From assembly GCA_036481315.1 (NCBI GenBank), contig JAZGHS010000212.1:22363-86362 (forward strand): a stretch of 64,000 nt of DNA, read 5' to 3'. This stretch comes from Candidatus Zixiibacteriota bacterium. GTDB lineage: Bacteria > Zixibacteria > MSB-5A5 > UBA10806. Every line of letters begins with the position of its first letter. The first letter of the stretch is position 1. Positions 8,547-17,053 of this stretch are shown here, in pieces. The notes beneath the pieces are model-generated. The model was not told the origin of the DNA. It made no database searches and saw only the letters and a list, made by a program, of their open reading frames with translations. Both the position numbers and the translations under genes were made by a program.

Positions 8547-9269
8547 GTGCAACATTGCGATTTTCTGAATATCGGAAGCTACGATTTCTATGCCGCCTCT
8601 TGCAGTGATCCGACAACCGTTATTACCGCCGAAAACAATTTTTGGGAGGCCACCGATTCGGTAACCATAGCCGACGAGCATATTTTTGATCATGGGGATG
8701 ACGATACAGCGCCAACTGTCGATTTTATGCCGTTCCTTGCAGAACAGGTATTCGGTTTTATAACAGGAACGGTAATCAACGAGAACTCCAACCCTATCGC
8801 CGAGGTGGAGGTTTCCGTCGAAGGTACGTTGAATAATACTTTCACCGATATCGACGGCGAGTATTTACTCGAGAATCTCTCAACCGGTTATTTCAATATT
8901 GTCTTCGCTCATCCCGATTACAGGGATTCTACCGTTTCAGAATTATTCATCTCAATAGGCGATACCGTAACCATGAACATGACATTACAGCCGCCCTGCC
9001 CGTATACACTCGGGGATTTTAACGGAAATGAAATTGTGAATATCGCCGATCTGATCGCCGCTTTTTCAAAGTTGAGAACCGGATCGCCGGAACCGGCCCT
9101 GGTATGCGAATGCCCCGTCGGGAGAGATGCCTGGATCGTGGTAATGGACGTTAACAACAGTTGCGAATTTAACATCGCCGACATCATATTATTCTTCTCA
9201 AAGCTGTCGACCGGCTCACCCGATCTTATACCGTGCGAACTTTGCCCCCCGCCGGGATGGGAACCGTAG
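8547..9269 (+). CDS. beta-helix continuation, carboxypeptidase-regulatory-like beta-sandwich, C-terminal Cys-containing dockerin-like module
   Basis: No signal peptide of its own. Same frame as 7848..8522. Module GDFNGNEIVNIADLIAAFSKLRTGSPEPALVCECPVGRDAWIVVMDVNNSCEFNIADIILFFSKLSTGSPDLIPCELCPPP. Confidence 0.55.
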   Translation: MQHCDFLNIGSYDFYAASCSDPTTVITAENNFWEATDSVTIADEHIFDHGDDDTAPTVDFMPFLAEQVFGFITGTVINENSNPIAEVEVSVEGTLNNTFTDIDGEYLLENLSTGYFNIVFAHPDYRDSTVSELFISIGDTVTMNMTLQPPCPYTLGDFNGNEIVNIADLIAAFSKLRTGSPEPALVCECPVGRDAWIVVMDVNNSCEFNIADIILFFSKLSTGSPDLIPCELCPPPGWEP

Positions 9270-9336
9270 CCGTAAACGCTTTAAATAGATCTTTTCCGCC
9301 ATTCCGGCTCGCTATCACCATAAATCCATATAAGAC

Positions 9337-9366
9337 TTGACAAAAGATCTAACCGGACAATATATA
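9337..9366 (+). promoter_or_regulatory. candidate sigma70 promoter (TTGACA-N17/18-ATATAT)
   Basis: TTGACA at 9337-9342 with an AT-rich -10-like element about 17 bp downstream, upstream of the 9383 ORF. Confidence 0.25.
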
Positions 9367-9382
9367 ACTCTCAGAGTTTAGC

Positions 9383-10549
9383 ATGAGAATATTGAAGACC
9401 TTTATCCTGAGAAATTCAAGATGCAACGGCGGCCGAAACTGTTCTATTTCCCCGCTGATTATAATTGTCTTGATTTTTATGCTGTTCCCCCAAACTATAG
9501 GGCTTTGTCAAGAATCAAACTCTGAATATTATCATGATGGACCGTATATCTTCTGGGAAACCGATACCTCCGCCACAGTATTTTATCTTTGCGATGAGGA
9601 ATTGAAAAAAGAGAGCATTCCCGTATCCGAAACCCTTCGTTTTGTCGGCTTTTGTAGCGATACATCGAGCGATTATGTTATCGCGGCTGATTCTCCACAG
9701 ATCCAGCCTGACATTTTCGACGACGTTTCAAAGATAATGGCCATAAGCGATATTCACGGAGAATACGATCTATTCGAGGATATCCTGATAAAGGGCGGAG
9801 CAATCGACAACGAATTGAATTGGATCTGGGGCGACGGTCATCTTGTAATTGTCGGCGACGTCTTCGACAGAGGGGCGATGGTCACCGAATGTCTCTGGTT
9901 GATATATCGTTTGGAATCCGAGGCCCGAAAATTCGGCGGAGCGGTCCACTACATTCTGGGCAATCATGAGATGATGGTTCTGCGGGGGGATAACAGGTAT
10001 GTTCACGAAAAATATCTCGAAGGAATCGTAAAAAAATCAAGAATCAAGCATGAGGATCTTTATAGCCCGGATATGGAATTAGGGCGGTGGTTGCGCTCAA
10101 AACATTTAGTCGTTATAATTAACGATATCGTTTTCGTCCACGGGGGACTGTCCAGGTTCGTAATCGATCGTGGTCTAACTACACAACAGATTAACGATAA
10201 GATCCGTATCGTTATCGATCAATCGTCAGCAAGGCTGGCATTCGATGATTTCTCCCGATTCTTACTCGGAAGCAAAGGCCCCTTATGGTACCGCGGTTAC
10301 CATTACGAAATGGAGGGTAAATATTCGATGGAAACATCGGAGGATATTGATAAGATCCTCGTTTATTTCAACGCCGACGCTATAGTTGTCGGACATACCG
10401 AAGCGGACAGTCTTATGGCCCATTTCAATAACAGAATATTCTCCATCGATATCCCCATGGATGAATTGGGATCGCTCGAGGCGTTGTTCTGGGAAAATGG
10501 AGTATTTTACCGGATCGATTACAGGGGAAATAAAAAACGTCTCAAATAA
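9383..10549 (+). CDS. calcineurin-like metallophosphoesterase
   Basis: Motifs MAISDIHGEYD ... VIVGDVFDRGAM ... ILGNHEMM (D-x-H, GDxxDRG, GNHE). Confidence 0.7.
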   Translation: MRILKTFILRNSRCNGGRNCSISPLIIIVLIFMLFPQTIGLCQESNSEYYHDGPYIFWETDTSATVFYLCDEELKKESIPVSETLRFVGFCSDTSSDYVIAADSPQIQPDIFDDVSKIMAISDIHGEYDLFEDILIKGGAIDNELNWIWGDGHLVIVGDVFDRGAMVTECLWLIYRLESEARKFGGAVHYILGNHEMMVLRGDNRYVHEKYLEGIVKKSRIKHEDLYSPDMELGRWLRSKHLVVIINDIVFVHGGLSRFVIDRGLTTQQINDKIRIVIDQSSARLAFDDFSRFLLGSKGPLWYRGYHYEMEGKYSMETSEDIDKILVYFNADAIVVGHTEADSLMAHFNNRIFSIDIPMDELGSLEALFWENGVFYRIDYRGNKKRLK

Positions 10550-10703
10550 CCCCGGTTTAATGCCATATTCTTATCGAAAAAAACCGAATCATCGGCTCGT
10601 CAAGGCATAATCGCGAGGTTGAAAAACCAAGGATAATTCCTTATATTTAAAGCGTGTACGAACGTAGAACGATGATCGTCGATCTTAATTCATAAGAGGA
10701 AAT

Positions 10704-12032
10704 ATGATGAACATATTAGATTTTAGTTTCGATGGCAAAACAGCTCGGGACATCTTTTGCGTTGTTTTTATCGCGATCATATCGATCTCCGATCCTATCG
10801 TAACATACGGACAGCAATCGTCGGCGTATAACAGCGAATTCCAAACAGAGCATTTCAAAGCCCGCCGGGCCGCGCTTCTCGATTCGCTGAACGAGGGAAC
10901 TGCGATCCTATATTCGCGGGGACACGAAGGCGAAACCGGGTACCGCGCCGACGGAAGTTTCTGGTATCTCACCGGCTTGGATGAACCGGGGGCGATCTTG
11001 ATTCTATCCCCGAATGAGGTCGATCGGGAGATACTCCTGCTTCCACCGCGTGATATCGAGGCCGAACGCTGGATCGGTGAACGTCCCGCGCTGACCGAAT
11101 CACTTCAGGTAGCATGGGGATTCGATCGAATATATCGTGTCGGTTCTCTCGACCGTTTGATCGTATCGCGGATGAAGAGTTCCCCTGAATTACGCCTCAT
11201 ATCGCGACTCGTGGGGCCAACGAAGGACGTGCCGCCCGATCTCGAATATTACAAAAAAGTCTCCGAACGGATTCCGGGCGTTAAAATCGAAAACTCATCC
11301 CGGTTTCTGGAAAACATGAGGATGGTTAAATCCGAAAGGGAAATCGAAGCGATATCGAAAGCGATAGAGATCACCCATAACGGTTTGAACAATCTGTTTA
11401 AGGAAATCCATCCCGGAGTAATGGAATTCCAACTGGACGGTTTTTTGGAGCAGTCGTTTAAGAGGCAGGGCGCTCAACACATGGCTTTCGCGCCAATAAT
11501 CGGCTCCGGCATGGAGAGCACAATCCTTCATTACGAAAAATTGGATCGACCGGTTGAGGCCGGGCAATTGCTTCTGCTCGATATAGGCGCCCAATGGGAT
11601 CATTATTGTGCCGATATCTCGCGAACTATCCCTATCGACGGTATATTCACCGAAGAACAGGCGAAAATCTATGATATCGTGCTAAAAGCACAGAAGGCGG
11701 CAATCGACGCTGTTAAGCCTGGGGTCACCTTACGCGATATCGACAATGTCGCGAAGGATGTCATACGGAAAGCCGGTTATATCGATGATTTTATTCATTC
11801 GACGTCGCATCATCTCGGCCTTGACGTTCACGATGCCTCCGATTACGGGGCGCCCTTGGCACCGGGGATGGTCATCACGGTCGAGCCGGGGATATACCTG
11901 CCCGATTCGGGGATCGGCGTTCGTATCGAGGACGACGTGCTGGTGGCCAAAAAGGGATGTATAGTTCTTTCCAAACAAATTCCTAAAGAACGGAAAGATA
12001 TCGAGGCCTGGCTGGTCGAGAGCCGAAAGTAG
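10704..12032 (+). CDS. pepP: Xaa-Pro aminopeptidase (M24B)
   Basis: HHLGLDVHD ... VITVEPGIY ... RIEDDVLV, the M24 metal ligand motifs; N-terminal creatinase-like domain. Confidence 0.75.
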   Translation: MMNILDFSFDGKTARDIFCVVFIAIISISDPIVTYGQQSSAYNSEFQTEHFKARRAALLDSLNEGTAILYSRGHEGETGYRADGSFWYLTGLDEPGAILILSPNEVDREILLLPPRDIEAERWIGERPALTESLQVAWGFDRIYRVGSLDRLIVSRMKSSPELRLISRLVGPTKDVPPDLEYYKKVSERIPGVKIENSSRFLENMRMVKSEREIEAISKAIEITHNGLNNLFKEIHPGVMEFQLDGFLEQSFKRQGAQHMAFAPIIGSGMESTILHYEKLDRPVEAGQLLLLDIGAQWDHYCADISRTIPIDGIFTEEQAKIYDIVLKAQKAAIDAVKPGVTLRDIDNVAKDVIRKAGYIDDFIHSTSHHLGLDVHDASDYGAPLAPGMVITVEPGIYLPDSGIGVRIEDDVLVAKKGCIVLSKQIPKERKDIEAWLVESRK

Positions 12033-12207
12033 AATCTGCTTAAAAATCGCTAAAATTTCCGTATGGACGAGGTTTCCTCGCCCCTGTATCCCCAAAACCG
12101 CAACCTTTCTATCCATTTTACGTCTATTAATCCGGGGCGTTTGGTATTATAATATCGGGTAAATCGGAAGGGCTGACATTTCGACCCGCTTTCCGGGAGG
12201 AATCAAA

Positions 12208-14268
12208 ATGAAAATAATTAAAATATTTATCGTTTCGTTCGCCATATTAATAATCTCATCGGGTGCCGTCGCCCAACCGGCGATCTTCGAAAATCCGCTA
12301 AGCCCTCGTATCGCCAACTACGCTATCGATGTTCGACTCGATACCGAGGAAAAGAGACTTTATGGCAACGAAACTCTGGTCTGGCACAACCGATCCGATG
12401 ACAGAATCGACGAATTGCAATTTCATCTTTACCTTAACGCTTTCCGAAATAACAGATCGACACTTTTCGAGGAATCGGGCGGCGAGCTAAGAGGGATGGG
12501 GTTGGACGATGACGGTTGGGGATTTATCGAAGTGACGAAAATCGCTCTTGCCGACGGTATTGATCTGACCGATCAGATGGAGTTTATTCAACCCGATGAC
12601 GATTACATCAACGATAAGACCGTTTGCCGGCTTCCTTTGGCCAGAGCGATCTTGCCGGGCGATTCGATAATCGTCAATATAGATTTCTTTGCCAAACTTC
12701 CCTCTCCGCCGATTCGCACCGGTCACAAAGAGGAATTTTATTTTGTCGGGCAATGGTTTCCCAAGATCGGGGTTTATACCGACGATGGGTGGAATACTCA
12801 TCAATTTCACGCCCTAACCGAATTTTTCGCGGATTTCGGCGTATACGATATCAAAATCACCGTTCCGGATGATAATATTGTCGGCGCCACAGGTCTCGAG
12901 GTAAACGTAATCGACAACGGCGACGGCACAGCTACCCATTATTATCACGCGGAGGACGTGCACGATTTCGCCTGGACAGCCAGCCCCGAATTCGTGGTCT
13001 TTACCGACCGCTCGCAGGATGTCGACATCCGGATCCTGATGCAGCCCGATCGGCTGAACCAGGTCGATCGATATATGCAGGCGACCAAGGCGTCAATCGA
13101 ATATCTTCAGGATTGGATCGGAGATTATCCCTATCCCAACTTGACCGTAGTCGATCCACGTCGAGGGGCATTTAACGCCGGCGGAATGGAGTATCCGACT
13201 TTGATTACGTCGATCGGTATGTACGCCATGCCGGACGGTATCCGATTCACCGAGTCAGTTATCGCCCACGAATTCGCTCATAACTATTTCTATCACCTGC
13301 TTGCCTCCAATGAATTCGAAGACGAATGGCTGGATGAGGGATTTACAAGCTATGCCGAGGGGAAGATGATGGAAGGCATTTACGGCTCCGATGGTAATGC
13401 CGCTGATTTATTCGGTATAAAATTCAACATTTCGCAGATAAGCCGATTTCAGTATTTCGCCGTCCCCGACCTCGATTCTATTGCCGGCCGCGCCTATAAA
13501 TATTATTCTGAGGGGAGCGAAGCCTCGATTTCCTTTAGCAAAGCATCGTTGATGCTCCAAACTCTGGAAAATTACGTCGGCGAGGAGACAATGAACCGAA
13601 TCTTACGAACCTATTTCGAACGCTGGAAATTCAAACATCCCAAAACAAGAGATTTTATCGATCTCGCCAACGAAATCTCCGGACAAGACCTTAATTGGTA
13701 TTTTGATCAGGCTATTTACGGCACCTCTAAACTCGATTACCGAGTACGTTACCTCTTCACCAGAAAGGTAAGAGAAGACAAGGGTTACGATTTCACATTC
13801 GATCCCTATGAAAAACCATCTGAAACCGATGGCGACGATGACGGCGAGAAGGTCGCTGAAAACAATGATGATATCAAGGAGGATACATCGTCGGATTCGA
13901 CGGTCGACGAAACAACGGAAACGCTTTATTACAGCGGCGTAAATCTTCAGCGTATGGGGGGATTTATATTCCCGGTGGAGCTGGAGGTAGTATTCGAGGA
14001 CGGCGAGACAATCCGAGAAACCTGGGACGGCAAGGGTAAATGGAAAAAATTCCGCTACACACGATCTTCCAAATTGTTTTCCGCCAGGATCGACCCCGAC
14101 AACAAGGTTCGTCTCGATGTTAATTACACGAACAACAGTATGTCAGTCGAACCGCAGGGTTACGGGATCGCTAAACTCTCGGCAAAATTATTATTCTGGT
14201 TTCAATTTATGCTCGAACAACCCGATCTCTTAACAATTCTACCATCGCTCGCGCCAAGCCCCGAATGA
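12208..14268 (+). CDS. secreted M1-family zinc metallopeptidase with an acidic low-complexity insert
   Basis: Signal peptide. HEFAHNYF (HExxH) followed by WLDEGFTSY (the third Zn ligand, Glu). D/E/T-rich insert at about nt 13800-13930. Confidence 0.65.
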   Translation: MKIIKIFIVSFAILIISSGAVAQPAIFENPLSPRIANYAIDVRLDTEEKRLYGNETLVWHNRSDDRIDELQFHLYLNAFRNNRSTLFEESGGELRGMGLDDDGWGFIEVTKIALADGIDLTDQMEFIQPDDDYINDKTVCRLPLARAILPGDSIIVNIDFFAKLPSPPIRTGHKEEFYFVGQWFPKIGVYTDDGWNTHQFHALTEFFADFGVYDIKITVPDDNIVGATGLEVNVIDNGDGTATHYYHAEDVHDFAWTASPEFVVFTDRSQDVDIRILMQPDRLNQVDRYMQATKASIEYLQDWIGDYPYPNLTVVDPRRGAFNAGGMEYPTLITSIGMYAMPDGIRFTESVIAHEFAHNYFYHLLASNEFEDEWLDEGFTSYAEGKMMEGIYGSDGNAADLFGIKFNISQISRFQYFAVPDLDSIAGRAYKYYSEGSEASISFSKASLMLQTLENYVGEETMNRILRTYFERWKFKHPKTRDFIDLANEISGQDLNWYFDQAIYGTSKLDYRVRYLFTRKVREDKGYDFTFDPYEKPSETDGDDDGEKVAENNDDIKEDTSSDSTVDETTETLYYSGVNLQRMGGFIFPVELEVVFEDGETIRETWDGKGKWKKFRYTRSSKLFSARIDPDNKVRLDVNYTNNSMSVEPQGYGIAKLSAKLLFWFQFMLEQPDLLTILPSLAPSPE

Positions 14269-14300
14269 AAACCGTAAGTCTTATTGACAGGGAGAATTAG

Positions 14301-15179
14301 ATGATATTCGAGAGTGTAAAAACCGGATTCGGACAAACGTGGGCAAATAAACGTTTGATTGCTGTTTTCTATCTGGTAAACCTGATTCTGGGACTAGCCA
14401 TTGCAATCCCGATAGCCGGCTTGGTGGATAGTTTCGTCGGCAAAAGTATGATCCGGGACAGCCTGGCCGCAGGTATGGATTGGAATTTTCTTTTCGAGTT
14501 TTTAGATATCAACCATAAACAGCTACCGGGAATGGGAAACCTGTTCTTTTTCATACCTCTGATATTCGTTTTATCGATCCTGTTCCTCTCTGGCGGCGCT
14601 ATAGGTGTTTTCGCCGGACACGAAAAATATAAACCATCGGAATTCTGGGGCAACTGTGGCCAATATTTCGGACGATTCTTCAGGTTGGCTTTGATGAGTA
14701 TCCCGTTACTGGCTATATTATTTTCAATCCGATTGCTCGCAGACGGTATCGAACGTTTGTTTTTCGGCGCCGATCCGTATGAAAACTTAGCTTACTGGTT
14801 CGGCGTGGCGAAAATCGGTCTGGGTATTATCGGCTTGTTGCTTTACGGTTTGGTTTTGGATTACGCTCGGATCTACATGGTCATAAACGATGAGATTAAA
14901 TCGCGAGTTGCCCTATGGCGCGGATTGAAATTCGCCGTTGGAAATATCGGCAGAACGTTTTCTCTGGCGTTGATCCTGTTTCTGACAGGATTGGCGGTAT
15001 TGTTTGTCTATTATCACCTATCGAACTTATTGTCGTCGTCCCACGTTGCAATCATCCTGTTGCTCGTGTTATTTCAGCAGATATATATCCTCTGGCGGGT
15101 GATATTGCGTCTGACATTCTACTCGGGGCAGGTGAATTTTTATAAACGGATCAACCCTGGAGACACTATCTACCGGTAA
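14301..15179 (+). CDS. polytopic membrane protein, unknown function
   Basis: About 6-7 hydrophobic helices; no recognisable motif. Confidence 0.4.
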   Translation: MIFESVKTGFGQTWANKRLIAVFYLVNLILGLAIAIPIAGLVDSFVGKSMIRDSLAAGMDWNFLFEFLDINHKQLPGMGNLFFFIPLIFVLSILFLSGGAIGVFAGHEKYKPSEFWGNCGQYFGRFFRLALMSIPLLAILFSIRLLADGIERLFFGADPYENLAYWFGVAKIGLGIIGLLLYGLVLDYARIYMVINDEIKSRVALWRGLKFAVGNIGRTFSLALILFLTGLAVLFVYYHLSNLLSSSHVAIILLLVLFQQIYILWRVILRLTFYSGQVNFYKRINPGDTIYR

Positions 15180-15218
15180 TAGCTCGGGTATCGCGTGGTA
15201 ATAATAACTATATAATTA

Positions 15219-16706
15219 TTATTTAGATAATGACGTTTGCTGTAAATTCAATTTCGTCATGAACAGATTACGCTCTAGTGTGATAGCGCATTGGCTGGCA
15301 AGGGATACCATCGAACGAATAGCCTCTTTTTCTACGGGAATTGCCTTGCTGGGGGCGTCGACGAATAAAACGTATCGGACATCGCCTAAAATCCTGATAG
15401 GAATAGCGACGAATGCCAGCGGTTTAAGCCGCTCACCGTCATTGCTATTTTCAAAGGATTCTAAAAGCTCCCGGTTTTCATCGCCGACTGAAACAGCCTT
15501 CCCCTGTTCTCTCATCTCTTTAAATAGCCCGTTTTGAGCTGAAAAACAGAGTGCCTGTACTTCCTGTTGAGATTCCAGACCAAAACCGACCTTACCGGTA
15601 AAACTCTTCTTTTTCGGATCGAACGCGAAAAGAATTACGCGGCCCATTAGCAACCCCCGATAGACAGCTTCGCAGAAGACCTGTAATATCTCGTCGCTGG
15701 ATTTCGCTTCTAAAAGAGCGTCGGTAGCGTTATATAAAAACGAAAGCCGCATATCCCTACTTTTTATTTCCTGCTGCATCTTATCCGTGTCATCCTCGGC
15801 AAGTTTTGAGCTATCAAACATGCTCTCGATATCTACTTCCAGATCCTCCGCGATTTCCACCATCTGATCGCGGCAAACGGACAAAAGATCCATCATGTCG
15901 AATTTGGACACTTTGATTATTTTCTGGGTTTGCTTTATTAACGTGGCATATGTTGATGAATCCTGGGAGGTTTCACTCATTAGATAGGGGAAAATACGGT
16001 CGGCGAGGTATACGATATCTACCAACAGATCTCTCGATTTTTCGTCAGGTTGTTTTTTTACGCGATGATGCTTGGCGATCGGATTGATCAATTCAGGAGG
16101 GAGATTCCAACGTCGTGCCATAATGTCGCCCGCCCTCATATGGTCGATTCCCAGAAGTACCCTCTCCGTCTTATAGACGTCGTGCTGCCCTCCCTTGAGT
16201 TTGAGGATTTCATCATACTCTCTTGGAAACGCCCCGGCCAGCATTGGCTCACCTATATCGTGCATAAACCCCGAAATAAAAGCCAGTTCGATTAAATCAA
16301 ACTTGTTAATCTTCTCGCAAAGAAATTTCGCGATCAATCCGCAGCCCAGCGAGCGAATCCAGAACGCGATTATATCAAATTTACCGCATCTGGAAAGTTG
16401 ATTGACCATTTGATAAACGCCCATGGATACTGCAATATTACGGATAGGCCTAAAACCCATTAAGACAATCGCCCGTGTAACGGTACAGATCTTCCTCGAT
16501 TGCCCCCGATAGAATACAGAGTTTGCCATTCTAAGAACTCGACTGGTAAGTTGATGATCGGAAATAATGCAGTTAGCAAGATCCGCGGCTGACGCGTTGG
16601 GATCTTCCGAGATTCGCTTGATCCGAATGATCACCTGTGGAAGCGATTGAAGATTTGAGAACCGCTCCAATCTCTTCTTAATTTCATTATCTTTCAGAGC
16701 TTTCAT
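15219..16706 (-). CDS. HDOD-domain signalling protein with a C-terminal GAF-like region
   Basis: HD-related segment ...GFMHDIGEPMLAGAFPREYDEI... typical of HDOD. Confidence 0.55.
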   Translation of the reverse strand: MKALKDNEIKKRLERFSNLQSLPQVIIRIKRISEDPNASAADLANCIISDHQLTSRVLRMANSVFYRGQSRKICTVTRAIVLMGFRPIRNIAVSMGVYQMVNQLSRCGKFDIIAFWIRSLGCGLIAKFLCEKINKFDLIELAFISGFMHDIGEPMLAGAFPREYDEILKLKGGQHDVYKTERVLLGIDHMRAGDIMARRWNLPPELINPIAKHHRVKKQPDEKSRDLLVDIVYLADRIFPYLMSETSQDSSTYATLIKQTQKIIKVSKFDMMDLLSVCRDQMVEIAEDLEVDIESMFDSSKLAEDDTDKMQQEIKSRDMRLSFLYNATDALLEAKSSDEILQVFCEAVYRGLLMGRVILFAFDPKKKSFTGKVGFGLESQQEVQALCFSAQNGLFKEMREQGKAVSVGDENRELLESFENSNDGERLKPLAFVAIPIRILGDVRYVLFVDAPSKAIPVEKEAIRSMVSLASQCAITLERNLFMTKLNLQQTSLSK

Positions 16707-16933
16707 ATCATCGACTTTTTTCTATCTCTAATCAAAGTAAACGTAATACCCCCCCCATTATGCTTATCGGGATTTCCAACCCTTTGGATAGCTCGAGGGG
16801 CTCTTGTCGCCTTTTGAAACAAATCGCAAGCAACATCAAGTATAGTAATGCTTTGATTGATCTTATAGCGCTCGATCCGTCGCGTACAAGCCATATTAAA
16901 TTATAAATTAACTTCCAAATAATTCAACTTTGC

Positions 16934-16953
16934 ATGGCGGGGATTAGCGCCAT
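16934..16953. promoter_or_regulatory. perfect inverted repeat ATGGCG-N8-CGCCAT in the divergent region upstream of ccoI
   Basis: Seen directly; 100 bp upstream of the ccoI start. Confidence 0.25.
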
Positions 16954-17053
16954 CATCCATATTAAAAAGCTATTGCCATACAAGCCTTTATAAATTACAT
17001 TCGCCATCGTTGGGTTTGAGAATAATTTTACCCCAATAGGGTGAAATCGGGCG

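Noticed and set aside
8523-8548. Selenocysteine at the in-frame TGA
   Set aside because: A hairpin is present at SECIS-like spacing, but the host protein is a secreted beta-helix with no redox motif around the UGA and no sel genes are visible in the window. Kept only as a low-probability alternative.
10560-10600. Small hairpin CCGA-ATCA-TCGG next to an A7 run
   Set aside because: Only a 4-bp stem, and the U-tract would be on the strand with no upstream gene; probably not a terminator.
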